64,000 nucleotides of DNA from Anaerolineales bacterium (lineage in GTDB: Bacteria; Chloroflexota; Anaerolineae; Anaerolineales; E44-bin32), in assembly GCA_041821665.1 (NCBI GenBank), contig JBGUDT010000005.1:15513-79512 (forward strand). Reading direction: 5' to 3'. This document shows positions 47,272 to 58,151 of this stretch, piece by piece. Numbering within the stretch: position 1 is the first letter of the stretch; each line of letters opens with the position of its first letter. Position numbers and translations under genes: made by a program. The notes below the pieces were generated by a model. The model was given only the letters and a program-made list of their open reading frames with translations, had not been told where the DNA came from and did not search any database.

Positions 47272-48374
47272 TGGACAAGCTCAAATTGGCAGTTTTATTC
47301 GGTGGGCGTTCCGGTGAACACGAAGTCTCACTGATGTCGGCTAGATCCGTTGTCAGTGCATTGGATCCGTCGAAATACGAAATTGTGGAGATCGGAATTA
47401 CGAAAGACGGACGTTGGTTTGGTGGTGAAGAAGTGCTTGCATCATTTGAGAGAGGCGACATCCAGGATTTGAGCTGTTTCACGATGCTTGGTGAACCCGA
47501 GCAGGGTTCCCTGTATCTAAGACACGAAGATCGCATGGAAAAGAACCATGAGATCGATGCGGTTTTTCCCGTCCTACACGGATCCTATGGTGAGGATGGG
47601 ACAGTGCAGGGGCTTTTGGAATTGGCGGACATTCCCTATGTTGGGGCAGGGGTTCTCGCCTCGGCGGTAGCTATGGATAAGGCGCTATTCAAGGATGTGA
47701 TGCGAGCTCAGGGAATTCCGGTTGTGGACTGGGTGGTCTTTCCATCAACAGTTCTCGACGAGGATGCAGACGCTGCTCTGGATCGAGCGGAGTCGATCGG
47801 TGGATACCCACTTTTTACCAAACCCGCAAATCTCGGTTCTTCCGTAGGTATCAGCCGCTGTAATCATCGCTCTGACTTGATCGAAGGCCTGCACGAGGCG
47901 GCGATGTATGATCGTCGAGTCATCGTAGAGAAGGGGCTCGACGCGCGCGAGATCGAGGTAAGCGTACTTGGGAATGAAGATCCTGCCGCATCGGTGGCTG
48001 GGGAAATCGTCCCAAGCGATGAGTTCTACACCTACGACGCAAAGTATGTGGATGATGATTCGGAATTGATTATTCCGGCGCCGATAGACGACGCCACTTC
48101 CGACAAGGCAAGAAAACTCGCGGTGGATTCGTACAAGGCTATAGATGGCGCAGGCATGGCAAGGGTGGACTTTCTGCTCGATCGAGCGAGTGGAGAACTC
48201 TTCATGAATGAGATCAACACCATTCCCGGCTTCACGAGTATCAGCATGTACCCAAAACTCTGGGAAGCGACCGGGTTGGAATACGGTGATCTTCTGGATA
48301 AATTGATCGAGCTTGCCTTCCAACGACAGGACCAGAAGGACAAATTAGTGAGAACTTACGGAGAGCGTTCGTGA
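47268..48374 (+). CDS. ddl: D-alanine--D-alanine ligase
   Basis: '[16 protein letters not shown]', '[15 protein letters not shown]', '[12 protein letters not shown]' and '[18 protein letters not shown]'. Confidence 0.9.
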   Translation: MMDKLKLAVLFGGRSGEHEVSLMSARSVVSALDPSKYEIVEIGITKDGRWFGGEEVLASFERGDIQDLSCFTMLGEPEQGSLYLRHEDRMEKNHEIDAVFPVLHGSYGEDGTVQGLLELADIPYVGAGVLASAVAMDKALFKDVMRAQGIPVVDWVVFPSTVLDEDADAALDRAESIGGYPLFTKPANLGSSVGISRCNHRSDLIEGLHEAAMYDRRVIVEKGLDAREIEVSVLGNEDPAASVAGEIVPSDEFYTYDAKYVDDDSELIIPAPIDDATSDKARKLAVDSYKAIDGAGMARVDFLLDRASGELFMNEINTIPGFTSISMYPKLWEATGLEYGDLLDKLIELAFQRQDQKDKLVRTYGERS

Positions 48375-49297
48375 CAGTTAGCGAGAGCACCCTGGGTCAA
48401 CGTGGGAGTCGATCCGATCAGGTTCGCGCTCGCCGAGCACGAACCACGAAAAAGATCGAGCGTGCCGCACGTGAAATCATGCCCAAGCAGCCGCAAAAGC
48501 GGCGTGCTCGTCGACGCTACGATGTCTCTATATCTGAGGAAATGGGTACGGAATTTCAACTGCCTGCAGTCCCGACAGTGCGAGTGGGCTCTCGCTTGTT
48601 ATCCATCGCATTGCTCGCGGTAAGCATATGGGGAGTGCAGCGGATCGTTGCTTCTGACAGCTTTAAAGTGCTTCGAGCAACGACAGCAGGAAATGTACTT
48701 ATGAAATCATCCCAAATTCGTTCTTTAGCAGGAGTCGAGGGTCAATCAGTTTTTCTCATCGATCCCCAGGCAGTAGCGGCTCGACTCGAGGAGGAACCAG
48801 AAGTGAAAAATGCACAGGTAGATATCCAGTGGCCCAACAGGGTCGAAATCCAAATTGAAGAACGTGAGCCGGTCATTGAGTGGAATAACGCGGGCAGGAT
48901 CTGGTGGTTGAGCAACGATGGTATCGCGTATGTCCAGCATGGTGATCGTTCAAACCTCGTCCACATCCAGGCCGAGGAACCAGTGTTAAATGTCGATGGA
49001 GATCCCACTTCTCCAGTCGTAGACCCAGAGTTGCTTACGGCAGCGGCCGTGCTGAGCGAACGACTGCCGATGTCGGGTGATTTGATTTTTAATAGAGAAC
49101 GCGGTCTGGGATTTGAAGATCCCGAAGGCTGGATGGCGTATTTTGGAACCGATGGCGATATGACCATGAAAACCGATGTATACCTGGGGATCGTGGCTAA
49201 ATTGAAGGAAGACAATATTCTCGCAACCCTGGTCAGTGTCGAGAATCAATCGGCGCCATATTACAAAGCGGAGTCACAGTTTACGTGGCAACAATAA
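48371..49297 (+). CDS. ftsQ: cell division protein FtsQ/DivIB (POTRA)
   Basis: 308 aa with a basic cytoplasmic N-terminus and one TM helix ('LLSIALLAVSIWGV'). The POTRA-like region is 'FLIDPQAVAARLEEEPEVKNAQVDIQWPNRVEIQIEEREPV'. The position is between ddl and ftsA. Confidence 0.7.
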   Translation: MTVSESTLGQRGSRSDQVRARRARTTKKIERAAREIMPKQPQKRRARRRYDVSISEEMGTEFQLPAVPTVRVGSRLLSIALLAVSIWGVQRIVASDSFKVLRATTAGNVLMKSSQIRSLAGVEGQSVFLIDPQAVAARLEEEPEVKNAQVDIQWPNRVEIQIEEREPVIEWNNAGRIWWLSNDGIAYVQHGDRSNLVHIQAEEPVLNVDGDPTSPVVDPELLTAAAVLSERLPMSGDLIFNRERGLGFEDPEGWMAYFGTDGDMTMKTDVYLGIVAKLKEDNILATLVSVENQSAPYYKAESQFTWQQ

Positions 49298-50541
49298 TCG
49301 GGCAAGAAGAATCAATATTTGTCGGAATCGACGTAGGGACCAGCAAGGTCTGTACGTTAGTTGGTCACGCCACGCACTCGGGCAGACAACGGGTCATTGG
49401 AGTCGGCGAGGCGCCATCCCGGGGGATGCGGAAAGGTGGGGTCGTTGACCTTGCAAGTTTGTCCCGAGCGATTCGTTCGTCAAAAGACAAAGCCGAACGG
49501 ACCTCTGGATACGAAATTACTTCCGCACTGGTGAGTCTTTCCGGCTCTCATATCTCGTCGTTGAATAGCACTGCTATGGCAGGTGTGACCGGTCGCACAG
49601 TCGACCAGGATGATATGGGTAGAGCGCTCGAAAGCGCCCGGTCGGTTGCCATTCCCTATAACCGCAGCATCGTCCATGTCATTCCACGCAGCTATGTGGT
49701 CGATGGTCAGGACGGCATCAAGGACCCCGTCGGGATGCATGGATACCGGCTTGAGGTCGAAGCGCACATCGTCACTGCAAGTACGACGGCATTGCGCAAT
49801 ATGGAAAAATGCGTGGAGGCTGCCGGAATCGAAGTGGATGGGTGGGTTCTCGGATCGCTTGCATCGGCGGGCATGGTGCTCAGTGAGACGGAACAGGAGA
49901 TGGGTGTCATGCTCTGTGATATCGGGGCGGGCACGACCGATATTGCCATCTATATCGAGGGCGCAGTGTGGCACACAGCCGTGATCCCAGTGGGAGGCGA
50001 ACACCTCACCAACGACATTGCCCAAATTCTCCACCTTCCGCCAGAAACGGCTGAAACCGTGAAAAGACGTCATGGTCATGCTCGTCCATCGCTTTTGGAT
50101 CCTAACCATACATTTGCGGTCCGACCTTTTGGGGAAGAGAGATCCATCCAGATCAAGCGTGTCGATTTGGCTGCGATCATCGAACCCCGGGTGGAAGAGC
50201 TTTTCAGTCTTGTGAGGCAGGAAGTGAAGAGGAGTGGCTACGATGGATTGCTCCCGGCAGGCGTCGTGCTGACCGGAGGCACAAGCACACTCGTTGGTCT
50301 GAGAGAGGTCGGCACTGAAGTTTTAGGACTGCCTGTAAGAACTGCCCAGCCGGAAAACATGCAAGGTTTGGTAGACAGGCTCCGCTCACCATCCTATTCG
50401 ACCAGCTTGGGGCTTCTTTACTGGGCGAAAATTTTAGAAAAGCAAGCACTGCTAGATGGTTACGTCTACCGCATGTTCAACCTGCCGCGCTTGAATCTGC
50501 AAGGCGCCACGGAATTCTTTAGAAGGTTATTGCCAGGATGA
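49285..50541 (+). CDS. ftsA: cell division protein FtsA
   Basis: 418 aa with actin-fold motifs 'VGIDVGTSKV', 'DIGAGTTDIAI' and 'VLTGGTSTLVGL'. Confidence 0.9.
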   Translation: MATIIGQEESIFVGIDVGTSKVCTLVGHATHSGRQRVIGVGEAPSRGMRKGGVVDLASLSRAIRSSKDKAERTSGYEITSALVSLSGSHISSLNSTAMAGVTGRTVDQDDMGRALESARSVAIPYNRSIVHVIPRSYVVDGQDGIKDPVGMHGYRLEVEAHIVTASTTALRNMEKCVEAAGIEVDGWVLGSLASAGMVLSETEQEMGVMLCDIGAGTTDIAIYIEGAVWHTAVIPVGGEHLTNDIAQILHLPPETAETVKRRHGHARPSLLDPNHTFAVRPFGEERSIQIKRVDLAAIIEPRVEELFSLVRQEVKRSGYDGLLPAGVVLTGGTSTLVGLREVGTEVLGLPVRTAQPENMQGLVDRLRSPSYSTSLGLLYWAKILEKQALLDGYVYRMFNLPRLNLQGATEFFRRLLPG

Positions 50542-50605
50542 TGAATACAGTTTTTCCTGATGAAACAAAGTCTAGAAGGCTAACCGTATACGAAGGAGGA
50601 GGAAG

Positions 50606-51715
50606 ATGAACCCAACACCACAGATGGAATCGTTTGCAAGGATTAAGGTCGTCGGGGTTGGCGGAGGTGGTAGTAACGCCGTCAATCGGATGATCGAAGA
50701 GGGCCTGGCAGGCATCGAATTTGTTGCTGTCAACACGGATGCTCAGGCGCTGCTCCTTTCCGATGCACCCAAGCGTGTTCGGATTGGGGATAAGCTCACC
50801 CGCGGGCTTGGTGCGGGTGGCAACCCGGAGACGGGTAAGAATGCGGCTGAAGAGTCCGCTGAGGACCTATATGAAGTCCTCAAAGGAAGCGACATGGTTT
50901 TCCTTGCCGCGGGTATCGGAGGTGGGACCGGGACTGGTGCTGCGCCCATCATCGCTCAGATCGCAAAAGAAATTGGAGCGTTGACGATCGGTGTGGTTAC
51001 CCGGCCCTTCACGTTCGAAGGCGCCAAACGTGCACAAGCTGCCGAAGCTGGGATCGCTACGCTTAAGGAGCATGTGGACACGCTTATCGTCATACCCAAT
51101 GATCGTTTGCTCCAAATCGCAGATAAGAAAGCTAGTCTGCAAAATGCATTCAAGATTGCCGATGACGTCTTACGGCAGGGAATCCAGGGCATCAGTGAGT
51201 TGATCACCATCCCTGGCTTAATTAACCTCGACTTTGCCGACGTGCGCGCGATCATGTCTGAAGGCGGCGCAGCACTCATGGCTGTGGGTCGAGCTTCTGG
51301 CGAGGATCGTGCCAGGGATGCGGCTGAGCAGGCGATTTCCAGCCACCTGCTGGATATCACCATAGACGGCGCCCGCGGTATTTTATTCAATGTTACTGGT
51401 GGGGCAGACTTGAGTTTGTTCGAGGTGAACCAGGCTGCAGCCATTATCAAAGAAACGGCTCATCCTGATGTCAATCTCATATTTGGTGCAGTAATCGATC
51501 CGAATGTGATAGGTGATGAGCTGCGAGTGACCGTCATTGCAACTGGTTTTGACAATTCTGGGGGACCACGTCGTAAGCCGAGACGTGCCCGCAGCCGCAC
51601 CGAAGCCAATGTCACGGCTACGGCTGACGCTGAGGCAATCCCCGTAGAGGAATTTCAGCCGCAGGTTTTTGACGTCAACGATCTAGACATTCCGGCATTC
51701 TTGCGACGACGATAA
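50606..51715 (+). CDS. ftsZ: cell division GTPase FtsZ
   Basis: '[17 protein letters not shown]', the tubulin signature '[10 protein letters not shown]' and 'NLDFADV'. The C-terminal peptide '[10 protein letters not shown]' is conserved. A GGAGGAGG RBS is present. Confidence 0.95.
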   Translation: MNPTPQMESFARIKVVGVGGGGSNAVNRMIEEGLAGIEFVAVNTDAQALLLSDAPKRVRIGDKLTRGLGAGGNPETGKNAAEESAEDLYEVLKGSDMVFLAAGIGGGTGTGAAPIIAQIAKEIGALTIGVVTRPFTFEGAKRAQAAEAGIATLKEHVDTLIVIPNDRLLQIADKKASLQNAFKIADDVLRQGIQGISELITIPGLINLDFADVRAIMSEGGAALMAVGRASGEDRARDAAEQAISSHLLDITIDGARGILFNVTGGADLSLFEVNQAAAIIKETAHPDVNLIFGAVIDPNVIGDELRVTVIATGFDNSGGPRRKPRRARSRTEANVTATADAEAIPVEEFQPQVFDVNDLDIPAFLRRR

Positions 51716-51811
51716 GGTGGGTAGGAGACAGCGGTCTGGCCGACCGCCCTCCACTCACTCCGCCCCGGAGAACCGTTTGCCGCCCGGATTCTCCGGTGGC
51801 CACATACGCAC

Positions 51812-51863
51812 GCAGACCGTCGCCTGTATCCTCCTCCTGGCGCCGGTCTGCTGCTGCGTTTTT
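51812..51863 (+). terminator. possible terminator or attenuating hairpin after ftsZ
   Basis: The stem gcagaccg(t)cgcc / ggcg(c)cggtctgc has a 14-nt loop. The T5 run begins 7 nt after the stem, so this is a weak call. Confidence 0.4.
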
Positions 51864-51913
51864 AAGGGGACCACAGTACCAAATATTTTAAGGTAAAAAC
51901 CGAGGCTCTAGCC

Positions 51914-51943
51914 TTGTTCCCGTGTTACTCAATATGTTAGAAT
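51914..51943 (+). promoter_or_regulatory. candidate sigma-70 promoter for nrdR-nrdJ (extended -10)
   Basis: TTGTTC (51914-51919), an 18-nt spacer, then TGt-TAGAAT (TG at 51935-51936, -10 at 51938-51943). Confidence 0.45.
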
Positions 51944-51945
51944 TT

Positions 51946-51974
51946 GCTCCCTTGCCCCAAGGGAGCGGGTTTTT
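51946..51974 (+). terminator. hairpin plus T-run overlapping the nrdR promoter region
   Basis: gctccctt-gcccc-aagggagc is followed by 'gggttttta'. If the promoter call is right, the predicted transcription start falls inside the 5' arm. Confidence 0.45.
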
Positions 51975-51985
51975 ATAAAGTTTGA

Positions 51986-52001
51986 CGCCAATATATGGCG
52001 T
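51986..52001 (+). promoter_or_regulatory. NrdR-box-like imperfect palindrome
   Basis: CGCCAATATATGGCGT is compared with the published NrdR-box consensus acaCwAtATaTwGtgt. The core CAATATATGG matches 9 of 10 positions. It lies about 35 nt upstream of the nrdR ATG. Confidence 0.4.
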
Positions 52002-52032
52002 GGAACAACTGTCCTACTCATTAGAGGGTTGT

Positions 52033-52482
52033 ATGCTCTGCCCCTACTGTCAAGATCAACGGACACGCGTGATCGATACGACGCATAATTCCAAGGGGGG
52101 GGTGCGTCGGAGACGTGAGTGTACGAGCTGCAGCCAACGGTTCAGTACCTACGAACGGGCGATTCTCACTGCTCCACTCGTAATCAAGGCAGACGGCGCA
52201 AGGGAAGAGTTCGACCGCGATAAACTTCTCGAAGGAATACTAATCGCTTGTGTCAAGCGTCCGGTGTCAGCGGCGGATATCGAAAGGCTGGCAGGTGAGG
52301 TAGAGACGAGGATGCAGGACATGGGCAAGGCCGAGATCTCCTCTCGTGTCATCGGGGATGTAGTGATTGCCGGATTAAAAGATTTAGACAAGGTAGCCTA
52401 CATTCGATATGCGATTGTGTATCTCGGTCTTGATGACTTACAGGAAATTCAGGACGAGATAGACCGCTTGCTTGAGAGTTGA
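52033..52482 (+). CDS. nrdR: transcriptional repressor NrdR
   Basis: It starts 'MLCPYCQDQRTRVIDT...RRRECTSCSQRFSTYE' (zinc ribbon) and continues with an ATP-cone ('KADGAREEFDRDKLLEGI'). The ORF-track start at 51982 is an over-extension. Confidence 0.9.
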   Translation: MLCPYCQDQRTRVIDTTHNSKGGVRRRRECTSCSQRFSTYERAILTAPLVIKADGAREEFDRDKLLEGILIACVKRPVSAADIERLAGEVETRMQDMGKAEISSRVIGDVVIAGLKDLDKVAYIRYAIVYLGLDDLQEIQDEIDRLLES

Positions 52483-52560
52483 CCATTCAAGCGCATGTTC
52501 GAAGTGGGAAACGACTTGAGTCGTTATATTTATAGTTTGTAGGTATTGCTTGGAGGGTGG

Positions 52561-55110
52561 ATGCTGGAGACGGAGAGACGGGACGTTGATGTTAACGTTC
52601 ATAATCAAATAGGGGATATGCCCCCAATACCCGAGGATCTCCTTCCTCCGGAATTGGGAAAGAACGCCCAGACCGTATTACGCAAGAGGTATCTCCGGCG
52701 TGGGGAAGACGGCGAGCCGATCGAGCGGATCGAGGTAATGTTTTGGCGAGTCGCCTATCACATCGCCCTTGCCGAAGAAACCCTGGGAATCGAAGTCGAG
52801 ACGGTCGCACGAGAATTTTACGAGTTACTTACGAGTAAACGATTCTTCCCAAATTCACCCACTTTTACTGGCGCAGGTACGCCATTAGGACAGCTTGCAG
52901 CTTGTTTTGTGCTTCCCATTTCGGATGACATGGGGAAGCACTCAGCCGGTATCTTTCAGACCTTACGCGATGCAGCCTTAATCCAGCAGACGGGCGGAGG
53001 TAATGGATTCGGATTTTCGCGTCTCCGACCAGGTGGCGATATCGTAGCCTCCTCAGCGGGCGAAGCAACTGGCCCAGTAGGCTTCTTGCGGGTTTACGAC
53101 CAGGCTTTTAGTGAAATTGCCCAGGGAGGCACACGGCGCGGCGCCAACATGGCCGTCTTGCGTGTGGATCATCCCGATATCGAAAGATTCATCACCTGTA
53201 AAACGGCCGAAAACGCTATTACAAATTTTAATATTTCTGTAGGGATCACAGATGCATTCATGCAGGCTGTCCGTGATGATGAGATGTGGGAGCTGCGCTT
53301 TCCTGATGTCTCGTCTCCTGCATATCGGGGGTTCAAAGGCACGTACAACGACGCAGAGACTCTTGGAATTCCATTTAAATCCTACAAGCAAATCCCTGCT
53401 CGGGATCTGTTCAACGTGATTATTCGCCAGGCGCATCACAATGGAGAACCAGGTGTATTGTTCCTGGATGCCGCGAATAGAAGCAATCCTGTACCTCACC
53501 TTTACGAACTGGAGGCGACTAATCCTTGCGGTGAACAGTGGCTGGGTCCTTACGAAAATTGCTGTCTGGGCTCAATCAATCTTGCGCAGCATTTCGGGCA
53601 GAACCAGACGGTGGACTGGGAGCAGCTACGTTCATCTATCGAAGTATCGACCCGTTTTCTTGATAATGTAGTCAGCGCCAACGAGTATGTCCCAGCCGTG
53701 CCCGAGTTGCAGGAAGCCGCCCTCAGAGCCCGAAGAATTGGTCTGGGCATCATGGGGCTCGGTGATTTGATGTACCACGTGGGCGTTCGTTACGGTTCTC
53801 AAGAAGCGCAAGATTTTGCCGGACAGGTCATGGAATTTGTCCGTTATCATGCCATGCTTACCAGCATCGATTTAGCCAGCAAGCGAGGCCCGTTCCCCGC
53901 GATTGAGGGGAGCGTATACGATCCTGATCAGGTAACGTGGGAAGCCCCTTCCCCAATCGTTCCCATTGAAACTTCCTACGGGAGACCGGAAGTTGATTGG
54001 AACAACGTTATCAAGGGTCTGGGACAATTCGGGATTCGGAATGCTGCTCAAACAACAATCGCACCTACGGGAACGATTGCTACGGTTGCAGGTTGCGAAG
54101 CTTATGGATGTGAACCAGCTTTCGCACTCGCATACTATCGACATGTTGAAGATGGTGATAATGACTTGAAACTCAATTACACCAGTCCCATGTTCGAACA
54201 AGCCTTAATCGAAGCAGAACTGGATGATGTCACTCGGGCAAGGATCGTGGACGAGGTCATGGAGAGGGGCACCTGCCAGACTGTCACTGACGTTCCCGAT
54301 GAAATTCGGGATGTATTCGTGGTATCCCAAGATATCGGCTCTGAAGAGCACGTGCGAATGCAGGCAGCTCTTCAGGCATTCGTGGATAACAGCCTGAGTA
54401 AGACGTGCAATTTTCCAGAAGACGCCACTGAAGACGATGTCGCTCAGGCTTATGATCTCGCCTGGGAACTGGGCTGCAAGGGTTTAACCGTTTACGTCAC
54501 CGGTTCCAGGGAAAAAGTTGTCCTGGAGACGAGGGAAACTGCACAGCGCAGTGATCTACATGAAGGACCTGCTTCACAAACTCAGCTCTGGCTGGAGGGA
54601 AAGAAACCTCGTCCTCAACGACTGGACGGTTGTACCTATCAGATCTCCACGCCTTTGGGAAAAGCGTTCGTAACGATTAATGAAAATGGGAGCGGCGTGG
54701 CGCAGCCATTCGAAGTTTTCATCACATCTGCGAAAGCAGGGTCCGAAACAGCAGCTATCTCAGAGGCAATCGGCAGATTGGTTTCTTACCTGCTGAGAGT
54801 ATCCTCACCGGTTCCTCCACGGGATCGTATGGGCGAAGTCGTTCGCCAACTGGCGGGTATCGGTGGGGGGCGTCCGACTGGTTTTGGCCCCAACAGGGTG
54901 CTTTCGCTACCGGATGGTCTTGCTCGGGCGCTCGCGGCCTATCTTGAAGAGACGCCGGAGGTAATCACTGGGGGGATCCTGCAATTGGAGGACATCGAGG
55001 AGCAAGTCCCCCTTAAAATCGGGGATCTATGCCCTGAGTGCGGAGCTGCCGCGGTTGTCCGGGAGGAAGGCTGTCAGAAGTGTTATTCCTGTGGCTTCAG
55101 TGAATGCTGA
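52561..55110 (+). CDS. nrdJ: adenosylcobalamin-dependent (class II) ribonucleotide reductase NrdJ
   Basis: About 849 aa with 'FFPNSPT', the active-site 'NPCGEQ', 'CCLGSINL' and 'TIAPTG'. The C-terminal zinc ribbon is '[26 protein letters not shown]'. The ATG at 52561 has a GGAGGG RBS. Confidence 0.9.
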   Translation: MLETERRDVDVNVHNQIGDMPPIPEDLLPPELGKNAQTVLRKRYLRRGEDGEPIERIEVMFWRVAYHIALAEETLGIEVETVAREFYELLTSKRFFPNSPTFTGAGTPLGQLAACFVLPISDDMGKHSAGIFQTLRDAALIQQTGGGNGFGFSRLRPGGDIVASSAGEATGPVGFLRVYDQAFSEIAQGGTRRGANMAVLRVDHPDIERFITCKTAENAITNFNISVGITDAFMQAVRDDEMWELRFPDVSSPAYRGFKGTYNDAETLGIPFKSYKQIPARDLFNVIIRQAHHNGEPGVLFLDAANRSNPVPHLYELEATNPCGEQWLGPYENCCLGSINLAQHFGQNQTVDWEQLRSSIEVSTRFLDNVVSANEYVPAVPELQEAALRARRIGLGIMGLGDLMYHVGVRYGSQEAQDFAGQVMEFVRYHAMLTSIDLASKRGPFPAIEGSVYDPDQVTWEAPSPIVPIETSYGRPEVDWNNVIKGLGQFGIRNAAQTTIAPTGTIATVAGCEAYGCEPAFALAYYRHVEDGDNDLKLNYTSPMFEQALIEAELDDVTRARIVDEVMERGTCQTVTDVPDEIRDVFVVSQDIGSEEHVRMQAALQAFVDNSLSKTCNFPEDATEDDVAQAYDLAWELGCKGLTVYVTGSREKVVLETRETAQRSDLHEGPASQTQLWLEGKKPRPQRLDGCTYQISTPLGKAFVTINENGSGVAQPFEVFITSAKAGSETAAISEAIGRLVSYLLRVSSPVPPRDRMGEVVRQLAGIGGGRPTGFGPNRVLSLPDGLARALAAYLEETPEVITGGILQLEDIEEQVPLKIGDLCPECGAAAVVREEGCQKCYSCGFSEC

Positions 55111-55153
55111 GGTCGTTCGGATAGGGTTGTTAGTCTATTGAGGAGTCATCATG

Positions 55154-55179
55154 AGCGCCCGATGCAAATATCGGGCGCT
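55154..55179 (+). terminator. hairpin after nrdJ (weak terminator)
   Basis: A 10-bp perfect hairpin (agcgcccgat / atcgggcgct) is present, but no clear T-tract follows it. Confidence 0.35.
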
Positions 55180-55273
55180 GTTCATGTGGTTGGGTAGGGT
55201 TTAGCGATGAAAGCGAGGAGCTTCTCGATGATGGCGGTGATCGAGCTTGGGAGAAGTAGTCGGGGTCCTTAGA

Positions 55274-55921
55274 ATGAAGAATCGAGTGCAAACCATACGA
55301 ACACGTCTGAGTAACTGCTACGTCCTCGAAGCAGAATCGGGGGTTATTCTCATCGATGCCGGTGCACCCGGGGATGCGGACTTAATCTTATCCGTAATCG
55401 ATGATCGGAAGTTGAACCTTATCCTGATCACGCACGCACATTTCGATCATTATGGGAGCGCGGCTGAGATCAGACGCCGAACAGGGGCTCCAATTGCAAT
55501 CCATGAATCTGACGCTGGAAACATGCATCGTGCTGAAACGCACCTAGGCATAGTGAAAGGGAGAGGAAAAATAGCCGCGGCATTTCTCCCCTTGGTCGAG
55601 CGGCTTTATAACCCTGAACCAACGGAAGCAGATGTCCGTCTGCATGATGGAGAAAATCTGGGAAGTTACGGCCTCGATGCTATTATCGTCCACACACCAG
55701 GTCACACGATGGGTTCCTGCAGTCTCGTCTGTCGAGAGGATGCTGCATTTGTTGGGGATCTTCTCTCGACCACGGGTGGGGCTCATCTGCAACGATACTT
55801 TGCCATGGATTGGCCGGCACTTACGCCGAGTCTTGAGAAGGTGAGGCACTATCGACCCGCGCGGATTTATGCTGGTCATGGGAAATGGGCTATGAGCCGC
55901 GAGGAGCTTGAGGGGCTTTAA
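55274..55921 (+). CDS. MBL-fold metallo-hydrolase
   Basis: The 'ITHAHFDHYG' (HxHxDH) zinc motif and 'HTPGHT' are present. I chose the start at the ATG at 55274. Confidence 0.75.
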   Translation: MKNRVQTIRTRLSNCYVLEAESGVILIDAGAPGDADLILSVIDDRKLNLILITHAHFDHYGSAAEIRRRTGAPIAIHESDAGNMHRAETHLGIVKGRGKIAAAFLPLVERLYNPEPTEADVRLHDGENLGSYGLDAIIVHTPGHTMGSCSLVCREDAAFVGDLLSTTGGAHLQRYFAMDWPALTPSLEKVRHYRPARIYAGHGKWAMSREELEGL

Positions 55922-56183
55922 TTCCAACGGTCCACGTGCTGGAGAGATTGTTCATCGATGACGGATTGCTCTAACAACGCCCAAGGCGTTGATCACATGC
56001 TTAGGGGGAAAAAGCCAGAATACCCTGTAGCTTGCGGCAAGAATGAATGGCAGGGGGGGATGGGGATGGAAACCCAGTTTAGATTTTTCCTTGGAGATGC
56101 TCTTTAGTTTGCTGAGGGGATCCTCTCTGCGACAAATGGTTCCACATTGAATCTGATTTACCTTAATAAGCGGAGGTATCCGA

Positions 56184-56885
56184 ATGAAGCTTATTGGATT
56201 GATTGGGGGAATGAGTTGGGAATCTTCGATTGAGTATTACCGTATCCTGAACGAGACCGTTCGTGAGAGGCTCGGTGGTCTTCATTCGGCTCGATGTCTC
56301 CTGTATTCGCTCGATTTTGAAGAGATCGAACAGCTTCAACAGCAGGGGAAATGGAATACTGCTGCGGCTTATCTCACCGAAGCCGCGAAAGTGCTCGAAC
56401 AAGGTGGGGCGGACTGTATCGTGATTTGTACCAACACGATGCACATCGTCGCAGATGAAGTTCAGCATTCGATTAAGATACCTCTTCTACACATCGCGGA
56501 TGCAACTGCTGAACGCGTGCTCACCGATGGATACAAACGGGTTGGACTCCTGGGAACTCGATACACGATGGAAAAAGAATTTTATCGTGATCGGCTTGCC
56601 GATAAGTTCGCCCTCGAAGTATTGGTGCCTCCGGAGGATGAGCGTGGCTATATCGATGGGGTCATCTTTAATGAGCTTGTCCTTGGTGAATTGCTTGATT
56701 CGTCAAGATCGGAATTTCTTGAAATTATCGCCGGACTCGTTGAGAGAGGTGCGCAGGGGATTATCCTGGGATGTACGGAGATTGGTCTCCTGGTAAGTCA
56801 AGATGATGTGGCTGTGCCTGTGTATGATACTGCCCTCATACATGCCGAGGCAGCTGTCGAATTTGCGCTAAGCAAACCGGACTGA
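56184..56885 (+). CDS. aspartate/glutamate racemase family protein
   Basis: 233 aa with 'IGLIGGMSWESS', 'IVICTNTMH' and 'IILGCTEIGLL', which contain the two catalytic Cys/Thr motifs of the Asp/Glu racemase family. Confidence 0.8.
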   Translation: MKLIGLIGGMSWESSIEYYRILNETVRERLGGLHSARCLLYSLDFEEIEQLQQQGKWNTAAAYLTEAAKVLEQGGADCIVICTNTMHIVADEVQHSIKIPLLHIADATAERVLTDGYKRVGLLGTRYTMEKEFYRDRLADKFALEVLVPPEDERGYIDGVIFNELVLGELLDSSRSEFLEIIAGLVERGAQGIILGCTEIGLLVSQDDVAVPVYDTALIHAEAAVEFALSKPD

Positions 56886-56960
56886 CAAATAGGTTATCGG
56901 CAGAGGAGATGAGGGACTATGGAGCAGGTGCATCATCTTCGAACAAGTGATTTAATACTC

Positions 56961-57995
56961 TCAATTGAAATGCGATAGGACTCGTAGCGCTCGCAATGTC
57001 ACCCACTTGCTGGGTTCTTTCTTCTTTTCAACATCTACCCATGTTTTCCCATTGTAGGTGTACTCTAGCGACCAATGACCAAGTTCGTCCTGTTTATCAA
57101 GAAGGAGATCAACCGCCGGGAGTAAGCGTTCGTCACCCCCGAATCCGAGTGCGGTAAGAGTTTCCATATTCTGCAGCACATCGGTGACGTAGCCAATCGG
57201 GTAGCCAAATTTAAACCAGCTGCGGTTTGGTTTCTCACTGTATCCCATTGGATAATCTGCAAGGGAGGGATCGGTACTGAGCAGGAATTCGGTGCCCACT
57301 TCGATCGCTCGTTGGACGGTATCTGTCCGTCGTGATTCGGGAATTTTACTTAGCGCCAGCATGGCTTTTACCGCTCCCCAAGCGCATGGCAAGTGATCGT
57401 TTGCACTGCATAAAAAACCAGGACCACTGTTCCCGCTTCGTAAATAGCGAATTGGGGCTGATCGATCCGTTGAAGGTGCGATCTCTTCTCCCGTGATGCT
57501 GCGAGCAAGCCAATCGATCGCCGCATTAAGCCTGTCATCATCCAATCTCCCAAGTTCAAGTAATGCAGCAACTAGATTTCCCTGCAGACAAGTGATCAAT
57601 CCTGATGGCGTTCCATTCATACTGAATCCACCTGTCTTGGCTCGAGCGTTTTCCAGCGCATAATCACCCCCCCGCATAATCGCGGGATCCTCACCGTCTG
57701 CTCCAAGCTGCGCAAGAAAGATGAGCTGCCAGGCTGTACTGCGATATTTTGGGAGATAACCCGCCCCGGGTCCAACCCAATAACCATCAGGATGTTGTGC
57801 TTGAAGGATGATGGGGACTGGTCCTTGCGACATCACGTTGCGCTGTGCTTTTGCGAGTTCTGGATTATCAAATTGCATTCCGAGTAAGTCACGCAGCGCT
57901 ACAAACCTTATTCCCGGATTTTGAAAATCTTCTTCGAGGAGCCATGGGAGCGGGTCCTCATGAATGCGGGGATGTAGTGCATAGGTATTCGTCAT
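56961..57995 (-). CDS. hypothetical protein, possibly a prenyltransferase/terpene-cyclase-like alpha/alpha-toroid repeat protein
   Basis: Repeated aromatic/Gly-rich 'DGYW', 'GGFS' and 'GHWS' type segments appear at regular spacing. This is a low-confidence fold guess. The likely start is 'MTNTYALH'. Confidence 0.4.
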   Translation of the reverse strand: MTNTYALHPRIHEDPLPWLLEEDFQNPGIRFVALRDLLGMQFDNPELAKAQRNVMSQGPVPIILQAQHPDGYWVGPGAGYLPKYRSTAWQLIFLAQLGADGEDPAIMRGGDYALENARAKTGGFSMNGTPSGLITCLQGNLVAALLELGRLDDDRLNAAIDWLARSITGEEIAPSTDRSAPIRYLRSGNSGPGFLCSANDHLPCAWGAVKAMLALSKIPESRRTDTVQRAIEVGTEFLLSTDPSLADYPMGYSEKPNRSWFKFGYPIGYVTDVLQNMETLTALGFGGDERLLPAVDLLLDKQDELGHWSLEYTYNGKTWVDVEKKKEPSKWVTLRALRVLSHFN

Positions 57996-58151
57996 AGGAC
58001 TTTCTTTCCTGGTCAATGAGAGGTTCAATATTATTCTATACGATTCCTAAGAAGGATGAACATGTGATTTCCGATTACGTCCCTTCTCTCACAGCCTCTC
58101 GACTACGACACGGCGACTGTACTTCTATTCAGATTCACATAACAGTGGAAT

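Noticed and set aside
52483-52560. A cobalamin riboswitch expected upstream of the B12-dependent nrdJ.
   Set aside because: The nrdR-nrdJ gap is only about 78 nt and has no B12-box-like sequence. The ftsZ-nrdR spacer also shows no cobalamin riboswitch core.
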